35,692 nucleotides of DNA from Anaerolineales bacterium (GTDB lineage: Bacteria; Chloroflexota; Anaerolineae; Anaerolineales; E44-bin32): contig JALHUE010000071.1 in assembly GCA_022866145.1 (NCBI GenBank), positions 1 through 35,692 of the forward strand, given 5' to 3'. This document shows, piece after piece, positions 24,279-31,600 of this stretch. Every line of letters starts with the position of its first letter. Position 1 is the stretch's first letter. Made by a program: the position numbers and the translations under genes. The notes under the pieces are model-generated. The model made no database searches and was not told where the DNA came from. It saw nothing but the letters and a program-made list of their open reading frames with translations.

Positions 24279-26048
24279 TCATGGCTGCAGGTCTCCCCCC
24301 GGCAGCACATCCGGCACGACCAGGTCCGAACGAACCAGGAGGACCCAGCGCTCCAGGTTGACCGGGGCAACGGCACGGAAGTACCAGTTGAGCAACCCCG
24401 GCGGCAATAGACCGGACCAGCCCCACGAAGCTCGGGTCGCCAGGCTCTGCCCTCGGTATTCGTCACGCAGTGAGGCCGATCGGAGGTCGTACTCCTGCTC
24501 AGGCAGCAGCACGATCCCCGCCGCCTCCGTCGCTCCGTCCGGCAGCCACTCGACAGGAGCCCGGCGCAGGCTCCAGGCCATCGATGGAGGCAGCTCTCCG
24601 TACACTTGGAGGGTCACGGGATCGGCGGACTCGCGCCGCGCGCCGGCGAGGGTATCGATACTCTCAGCCAGCAGGCGTTGACCCAGCGTGGAAGTGGTTC
24701 GGTTCGCCAGCTCCTGCCCGGTGCCGGCCCAGCCACTGTAGTTCAGCCTCCAAGTGGCCGCGACGCCCAGCAGCGCCGTCAGCGTGATCGCCACCGAGCC
24801 AGAGACGACGACCGCCTCGCGCCACGACCATCCCAACCCGATCAGTACAGCCATGAAAGCAGCCAGCAGCAAGGCTGCCGCAGCGAGGAACAGCTGCTGC
24901 GCCGGCCCCAGGAGCGGCGTGGAGGCCGCAAGCGACCCCTCGGCATAGCTCATCAGCTGCAGCCCGCCGAAGCCCAACACGAGCAGCATGGCCAGGCCCA
25001 GCCCCAGCCGCGAGGGCCATCCCGCCCGTTGCCTGAGCTCGATGGCCAGGTCGGCTAGCGCAAGGCCAGCCAGGACCGAAATCGCGGCGGTCGGCCAAAT
25101 CATCAGCTGCAGCGAGCGGCCGGGGTAGATGATGGCGACGGCAAGGCCGCCCAATGTCCAGCATGTCAACCAGCCTCCCGCGGCACTGCGGCGTGCAGAC
25201 GCACTGAGTATCCCGGCGATCCCCAACACCACCCACAGCGGCTGGTAGATCGCGAAGGCCGCCAGCAGAGTGAGCCCGGAGACCTCGGGAACAGACCCCC
25301 AGCCGGCCAGCCATGCCCCCGCTGCGCCCAGGGCCGCCGGGAGAGCCGAAGGCACGAACCCGAGGGCGGTCGACGCCAGCAGAAATGCGCCCACGCCGGC
25401 CGCGCCAACCACCCGCCAGTCCCTTTCCGCAGGCCGAGGCAACGGATCGAGCACCCGCTTGCGCAATGCAAGATAGAGCAGCGAGCCCAGGCCAACTCCA
25501 GCCAGGCCGGCGGCGGCCTCTGGTCCGGCGGCGGCTACCAGGCCAATGCACGCGCCAAGAGCCAGGTTGGCCCAAGAGGTCTGAGGCCAGGTGAGATAGC
25601 CGGCCAGGCCGAGGCCGATCACCAGCAGGGCCGTCATGCCTCCATCAGGCGCCCGTGACGAAGTGACCAGGATCGGAGCAATCGCCAGCAACCAGGCGCC
25701 AATCACCGAGGGCCATCGGCCCAGAACTGGACGGAGAAACCAGGGAACCAGGACGAGGCCCGTCCCGGCCAGAGCGCCCAGCAGCCGAGCCGTGGCGTCG
25801 CTCAATCCGGCAATCTGGAACAGGATGCTCGTCCAGGCATGGTAGAGCGGGTTGACGGCCGCCGAAATCGCCTCCGGGACTGGCAAGGCCATCGGGATCC
25901 TGCTGGCAGCGGCCGCGGCCAACGCCTGGGCCGCCTGGTCATCCGTGAGAAGCGGCCAGGTCGGCTTGGCTAATCGCAGTCCGGCCGCGAGCAGGAAAGC
26001 CCCAGCGTAGGCAAGGATCTCGAAGTTCACCGAGAACTGGCGCTTCAT
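24279..26048 (-). CDS. Polytopic membrane protein, GT-C/PMT_2-like N-terminal architecture (protein D, 589 aa), function unknown
   Basis: About 12 or more hydrophobic helices are followed by a ~130-aa soluble C-terminus. The first loop carries DD (aa 36-37, nt 25943-25938) after an LRL helix. It is followed by an R-x3-G-A-L-A-G-rich helix like the N-terminal modules of proteins A and B. The start ATG shares one nt with the upstream TGA (TGATG). Confidence 0.6.
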   Translation of the reverse strand: MKRQFSVNFEILAYAGAFLLAAGLRLAKPTWPLLTDDQAAQALAAAAASRIPMALPVPEAISAAVNPLYHAWTSILFQIAGLSDATARLLGALAGTGLVLVPWFLRPVLGRWPSVIGAWLLAIAPILVTSSRAPDGGMTALLVIGLGLAGYLTWPQTSWANLALGACIGLVAAAGPEAAAGLAGVGLGSLLYLALRKRVLDPLPRPAERDWRVVGAAGVGAFLLASTALGFVPSALPAALGAAGAWLAGWGSVPEVSGLTLLAAFAIYQPLWVVLGIAGILSASARRSAAGGWLTCWTLGGLAVAIIYPGRSLQLMIWPTAAISVLAGLALADLAIELRQRAGWPSRLGLGLAMLLVLGFGGLQLMSYAEGSLAASTPLLGPAQQLFLAAAALLLAAFMAVLIGLGWSWREAVVVSGSVAITLTALLGVAATWRLNYSGWAGTGQELANRTTSTLGQRLLAESIDTLAGARRESADPVTLQVYGELPPSMAWSLRRAPVEWLPDGATEAAGIVLLPEQEYDLRSASLRDEYRGQSLATRASWGWSGLLPPGLLNWYFRAVAPVNLERWVLLVRSDLVVPDVLPGGDLQP

Positions 26049-28690
26049 CAGAACCCTCGGCCGCTGCGGGCGGCGTAGATCATGACTTCATCCGAGGCAT
26101 ACACCAGATCCATGGCAGCCTCGAACTTGGCCATGGCGGGCGGCGTCAGTGAGTATGTACGGCGCTCCAGCGGCCCGATGTACACATAGTCGATCCCGTA
26201 GGTCTGTAGGATCCCGACCAGCTCCGTCGTCTCGTGGGTTTGGTACAGTCGGCGCAGGTCCTCCTTGCGGGTTCCCTGAGGCTCCATGCTGCCTCGCCAT
26301 TGCAGCTCATGGAATTCCCAGCCTAACACATTCGGCATCCCGGTGTGGGTAGCGATCCGGCCGAACTCGGTGTAGCTGCCGCCGACGGCCTCGGCAATCA
26401 CCCCGGGCGGGAGGAACGCCCGAATCCATTCGATGGCGATCGCATCCTCCGGTCGCTCCGCAGCCAGATGGGCAGTACCGTCCAGTGTCAGCCCCGCCGG
26501 CGGCCGAAAACCATTGGTCTTGGTCCAGGTCGCCAGGGCAGGATAGACCAGTCCAAATAGCAGGGGCAGCAATGCCAGGGCCCGGAGTGCCCCTTTCCAG
26601 GAGGACTCTCGAGGCCAGAGCTCGGTCGCCACGAAGGCAGCCGAAAGCCCCAACAGCACCCAGGCCGCGTAGTAGAACTTGAAGACCGTGTTCATGCGCG
26701 TGCCGAACAGGTCCTTCAAGTAGACGAACTCCGGGCCGAGGATCAGGAGCAATCCGATAGCGGCCATGGCCAGCACGAAGGGAGTTCCAGCGGTGAAACC
26801 CGCCGGCTCGCCTTGACGGCGAAATCGCCGCAAGAGCACCGCCGCCAAGCCGAGGGCAGCCCCGATGACAACCGGGGTCAGGCCAGCCTGCAGCCGGCGG
26901 GCGATGCCCGTCTGCAGCGCCTGCTGGGCTGAGCCTGCCGCCAGCTGGTTGAGGGCGTCCGCGACCAGTCCAGGCTGCGCCGCCACTGCCGCCCCTCCCA
27001 GGAGGAGCGAGATCAGCCAAAGCCCCAGGGGAAGACCGAAGGCCAGGCCCAGGAGCAGCCAGGTATCGCGCCGAGACCAGCCTGGCGAGGCGCGCCAGAC
27101 CAGCCAGACCAAGACCGGCACAAGCGGCACGGCGAACATCACCAAGAGCTGCACGAACCGTGATGGAAAGAACAGGTTGGGCAGAATGCCGCCAGCCTGG
27201 GAGGTGAACGTCGGGTACCACGGTAGATACAACAGCAACCCAAGTAGCAGCGTCGTGACGACCGTCAAGGTCGGCGGGACAAGCAGCTCCCTCCAAGCCC
27301 CCGATTTCGATTTCCAGAGCAGCACCAGATACAGCAAGGCCAAGTAGATCGGCAGATCCCAGGTGTTGAGGAAAGCCAGCGCGCCAAAGAACCAGGCGGC
27401 CCACAGCAGCTCGGAAGCGGTCAGGGAAGATGGGAACATCCCCGAAAACGTCCCGATCAGCAGCGAGCCGGTGGCAACCAGTATCCCGCCGATGATCAGC
27501 ACGCCCCCGGCGGCGGCCAGCGCGCCCTGCGCGCTTCCAGACGTCTGATAGGCGCCGGCTGCTCGAGCCACCGACAGGGCCAGGACCAGCCCCAGCGCGG
27601 CGTACAGCCCGCGCCGGGCAGTCTTGGGGGACAACCCACCGGCCCAAGCCCGAATCCGGAGCTCCCCGCGCCGGGCCGACAGGAAGATCTGAAGCGTGAA
27701 GGCAATGGCGAGCAAGACGAATGGCAGTGCCAGCAAGTGAGGGTGATTGTCGGCCAGAAGGAATGAGAAGAAGGGGAACTCGTCGATGACCTCGATGTCC
27801 GCACCGCCGAGATTGCGGTCGTGAATCACACGCGAAGCCCGCCACCACCACAGGAACCGATTGGGCATCAGACTGGGAGGTGAGACCGGTGCCGCATTCA
27901 GGTCCTTGATGTCCAGCCAGGTCCAGAAGCGCGAGGTCAGTTCCCCATCGGCCCGGGCGCGCCAGCCGATATGCCCTGACCAGAGCACGTCCAGGATCCC
28001 TTCGAGATTGCCGGCGACCAAGACGAACAGCGGACCCAACAGGGCGGCGGCGTGGCGCAGCCCCGCCTGTCGCCGCTGCAACAGGCTGAGCAGGATGCTC
28101 CAGGCGCCGAGGCAGGTCAGGGCGAACCACAGGGCATTCCCCAAATTGAAGGCCACCCCGGCCGGCACCGCCGTCAGTCGAGACATGAGCGCCAGCAGGA
28201 CATACCCGAAGTAGTAGTACGAGATCGCATAGCCCGAGAGCCACGGATCTTGCGGCGGGAAGCGCGGCGATTGGAGCACGGCATTCAGGTATGCCAGCTC
28301 CATCGGTTTCTCGGTTGCGGCGATCTCCGGGTTCGCCGCCCGGACCGCGGCCCATCCGACAAAGGCCAACAGAAACAGCAGCTCGGTCCAGAAGACGGTC
28401 CGCCGATGCTGGCGGATCCACGCCCAGAGATCTCGCCAGCGCCCAGCCCCGGCAACCAGCCCGCCGGCACCGAGAACAACCAAGGCACCGAAGGCGCCGG
28501 GGAAGTCATTGCGTAGGACCCCGACGGACGCCCCGAGCCACAGCAGATACCCCGACGCCAGCAAACCCAGGGCGCGACTGAGGGCATACCCGCGATCGGC
28601 CAGGTGCGGGAACAGGCGGTAGGCGATCGGCAATGCCAGAGCGCCAAGAAGCGCCGTCCAGATCCACCAGGCGATCAGGGGTGCGATCAT
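26048..28690 (-). CDS. YYY-motif giant membrane protein (DUF2298 / Chlor_Arch_YYY family; protein C, 880 aa)
   Basis: DPWLSGYAISYYYFGYVL (YYY at 28219-28211), EFPFFSFLLADNHPH (27781-27737) and RMNTVFKFYY (around 26700-26672). It is highly hydrophobic and has a soluble C-terminal domain. The ATG overlaps the stop of protein B (ATGA at 28690-28687). Confidence 0.85.
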   Translation of the reverse strand: MIAPLIAWWIWTALLGALALPIAYRLFPHLADRGYALSRALGLLASGYLLWLGASVGVLRNDFPGAFGALVVLGAGGLVAGAGRWRDLWAWIRQHRRTVFWTELLFLLAFVGWAAVRAANPEIAATEKPMELAYLNAVLQSPRFPPQDPWLSGYAISYYYFGYVLLALMSRLTAVPAGVAFNLGNALWFALTCLGAWSILLSLLQRRQAGLRHAAALLGPLFVLVAGNLEGILDVLWSGHIGWRARADGELTSRFWTWLDIKDLNAAPVSPPSLMPNRFLWWWRASRVIHDRNLGGADIEVIDEFPFFSFLLADNHPHLLALPFVLLAIAFTLQIFLSARRGELRIRAWAGGLSPKTARRGLYAALGLVLALSVARAAGAYQTSGSAQGALAAAGGVLIIGGILVATGSLLIGTFSGMFPSSLTASELLWAAWFFGALAFLNTWDLPIYLALLYLVLLWKSKSGAWRELLVPPTLTVVTTLLLGLLLYLPWYPTFTSQAGGILPNLFFPSRFVQLLVMFAVPLVPVLVWLVWRASPGWSRRDTWLLLGLAFGLPLGLWLISLLLGGAAVAAQPGLVADALNQLAAGSAQQALQTGIARRLQAGLTPVVIGAALGLAAVLLRRFRRQGEPAGFTAGTPFVLAMAAIGLLLILGPEFVYLKDLFGTRMNTVFKFYYAAWVLLGLSAAFVATELWPRESSWKGALRALALLPLLFGLVYPALATWTKTNGFRPPAGLTLDGTAHLAAERPEDAIAIEWIRAFLPPGVIAEAVGGSYTEFGRIATHTGMPNVLGWEFHELQWRGSMEPQGTRKEDLRRLYQTHETTELVGILQTYGIDYVYIGPLERRTYSLTPPAMAKFEAAMDLVYASDEVMIYAARSGRGF

Positions 28691-31600
28691 TGCACCACCT
28701 CATAAATCGTCGTTTGCCCCTGCTGATAGGCCGGCCGGAGAATCCCCTGTTCCACCATCTTCGGGAACTTCTCCAGCCCAAATGTCGGACACTCCAAAGG
28801 CGACTGCGGAATTGTGGCGTCGATCGGCCAGCAATCCGCGGCAGCGGTGTCCGGCTGCGGCATGCCCAACGGCCAGCCGCTCAGCTCACACAGCACTCCC
28901 CCGGTGACTTCCATCGGCGAGCAGGGCTGTACAGTCTCGAAGAACATCTGCTCGAGCTGGCCTACGACGATGTATCGGACATCGTAGCGTTCCAGGAACT
29001 CCACGGCAGCCTCGATGGACCGGGTGAGATAGAAGTCATTGATCGCCAGTGCCCGATCGGTGACCACCGCCTCACCGGAGACCAGCCGCTGCTGACGCTG
29101 ATGCCAATTCCAGCCCAGGACTCCTGGCAGTCCAGTGTAGATCGTGTAGCGCGAGCCCCAACGGTACTCGGGGACGTTCGCCTCGACGATCACCGGCGAG
29201 CCCTCGACGTTCTGCTGCATCCACCGAATCGCTGCGTGGTCCTCTGCCATCGAGAACGACTTTCCGAGGTCATGGTAGCTGGAGGTCAACATGTAGGCCA
29301 TGCCATCTAGGCCGCGCGGCGCTTCGCTGGATATCCGATCGCGGACCTTGGCGACGGTTGCCGTCACCGGGTAGGCCAATGCCGCCCCGGCCAGCACAAT
29401 CAGCCCGACCGACCAGAGCCAACGCCAGGACGGAGACCAGAATCGCAGGTCCGACCACGTCCAGGCGAGGGCTGCGGCCGATGTCAGGGCGAAAATTTCC
29501 CACACCTGCAGGTAGAACTTGAAGACAGTGTTCATGCGCGAGATGTCGCCAACGGCGACCACGACCTCGACCAGGAATGTCAGGGCCAGGGCGGCGCCGA
29601 CCAACACCAGGGCATACCGCTTCTCGAGCGGCTGGCCAGGGCGCAAGAACAGCAGGCCCGCCCAGGCCAACATCGGCACGACCACGAGTGCAATAGAGTA
29701 GTCCATCGCCGCCAGGACCGCCGTCAGGGCGCCGAGCCCGATCGCCCCGGCGAAGATCAATCCTGCATACGGCCGGAGGCGAGCCAGGCGCGAGAGCGGC
29801 GTCGCCGCCATCCACTGCCGCGTCTCCCACCCCATCCACAGGATGAGCAGGAACAGGAACAGACCATGCACGGTGAAGTAGGCGTCCAGGCTGGTGGTAG
29901 ATCCCTGCCAGCGGGCGATTTCCCCGTAGCCCTCGCCATACCACTGATGGTAGGGGGCATACAGCAACCCGGCCAGCGCCAACAGGCCGAAAGCCGACAG
30001 GGCGGCGTCAGCCAGCATCCGGACGTCGAGCTTTGGACGCCGGACCCAGGCGGCCGCGATCAGCCCGACAAACGCCAACGCCCGGTAGTCCGGCGCGTCC
30101 GCCAGATTGGTCGGCTCGATCGCCCCCAGGATCAGCCCCCCCACCCACAGGCCAAGCAGGATGTTGAGGGGCCTGCGTCGCCGATGGTCATCGGCCTCGA
30201 TCAGCCAAGCCAGCAGCCAAACCAGAGTCAGCGTGGTCAGCAGCCGGCTAAACATGTGCGCGTGCAGGTCGGCATACAGGAACGTGAAGAACGGAAACTC
30301 GGTGATTGGACCGGCTTCGCCGCCCTCAGGCGGAATGGCCCGGCTTGGGTCCCAGTACCAGGAATCCAGACCCATTGGCAGAGGTGACTGCAGGGTCAGA
30401 TAGCGACCAGCGCCGCGGGCAGCCTCCAGCAACCCCGGCAGGGCGCGTTCACCCAACTCAGCTTGAGACGCACCAATGCGTTTGAAACCGGTGTACACCA
30501 TCCGCGCCGTCCCGAGGTTCCCCAGCAGCACCAGCCCCAGCGCAGCTGAGATCCCGGCGATCCGGGCGCAGCGCAGCCCGGAGCAGTCCCTTCCGGCCAG
30601 GGTGCGGGCGACCAGGTTGGATCCGCCCGAGTAGGCGACCAGCCCCAGAAGCGCGAAGAAGGTCGGCAACGCCAGGTTGTAGGCAATGGCGGGTTCGATG
30701 CCGAGCAGCTTGATCGGAACGGCGGCGAGGACAAAGCCGTAGTAGTAATAGTTGATATACCCCCCGGCGAACCATGGATCATACGGCGGGAAGGAGGTGC
30801 TCTTGAGGACCGCCGTCAGATACGACAGGTCCATCGGCTTCTCCCCGCCCTTCGACGGGTGCCACAGGTCCGGGTTGCCGATGCGAATCAGCAGATCCAG
30901 CAGAAACAGCGAGAGCGCCAGGATTTCCACCCAGGCGATCTCGCGTCGACGGGCCCGCCAGTAGCCCAGCAGTTCGTCCCGGTCCCGCCAGGCCAACGCT
31001 GCCGACAGCCCGCTCAGGAGGGCGATCACCAGCAGGATGGAAAGACGGGTGAAGGAGATCCCCAGGCTGCCAAGGATCCAGACGCCCCAGCCGACGATGA
31101 CCAATCCGGCGGCCCGGGCGAGCGGGTAGCCGCCATCGCGTAGCCCCGGGAAGGCCACGCGCACGACCGGAAATGCTGCGAGCCCAAAGAGTGCGATCAA
31201 CATCCACCAGACAACCGTCGCCAGCGCGGGATAGCGATTGAGCACAGACCCGGGCGGGAACAACTCGCGCCACGTGCCCCCGGCTCGCTGCCGCTCCAGT
31301 CGGTCAGCCGGCAGCATCAGATCCGGCGGCGGCTCGCCGGCCTCTTTCGGGATGACATGCACCACCCGCTGCAGGTCCACTTTGGCCAGCAAGTCGCGCA
31401 CTCGCTCAGCCGAGAAGGTGTCCTGCTTGGCGAAGATCAGGACCTTCGGATGGTCGTAGACGGTGAACGCTTCTTCGGCTAGTTGGTCGCTGACTTCGAC
31501 CGGCCCGAGGCGCAGGTTGCTCTCAAACACCTCGATCAATTCGTACCCCAGGCTGCCGCTGACCTCGCCTGGACTCGCTTTGGCATAACACGCCAGAACG

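Noticed and set aside
26307-28421. 704-aa same-strand alternative-frame ORF inside the YYY gene C
   Set aside because: The translation is Arg/Gly/Pro-rich. The annotated frame carries the conserved YYY, EFPFF and RMNTVFKFY motifs shared with gene B.
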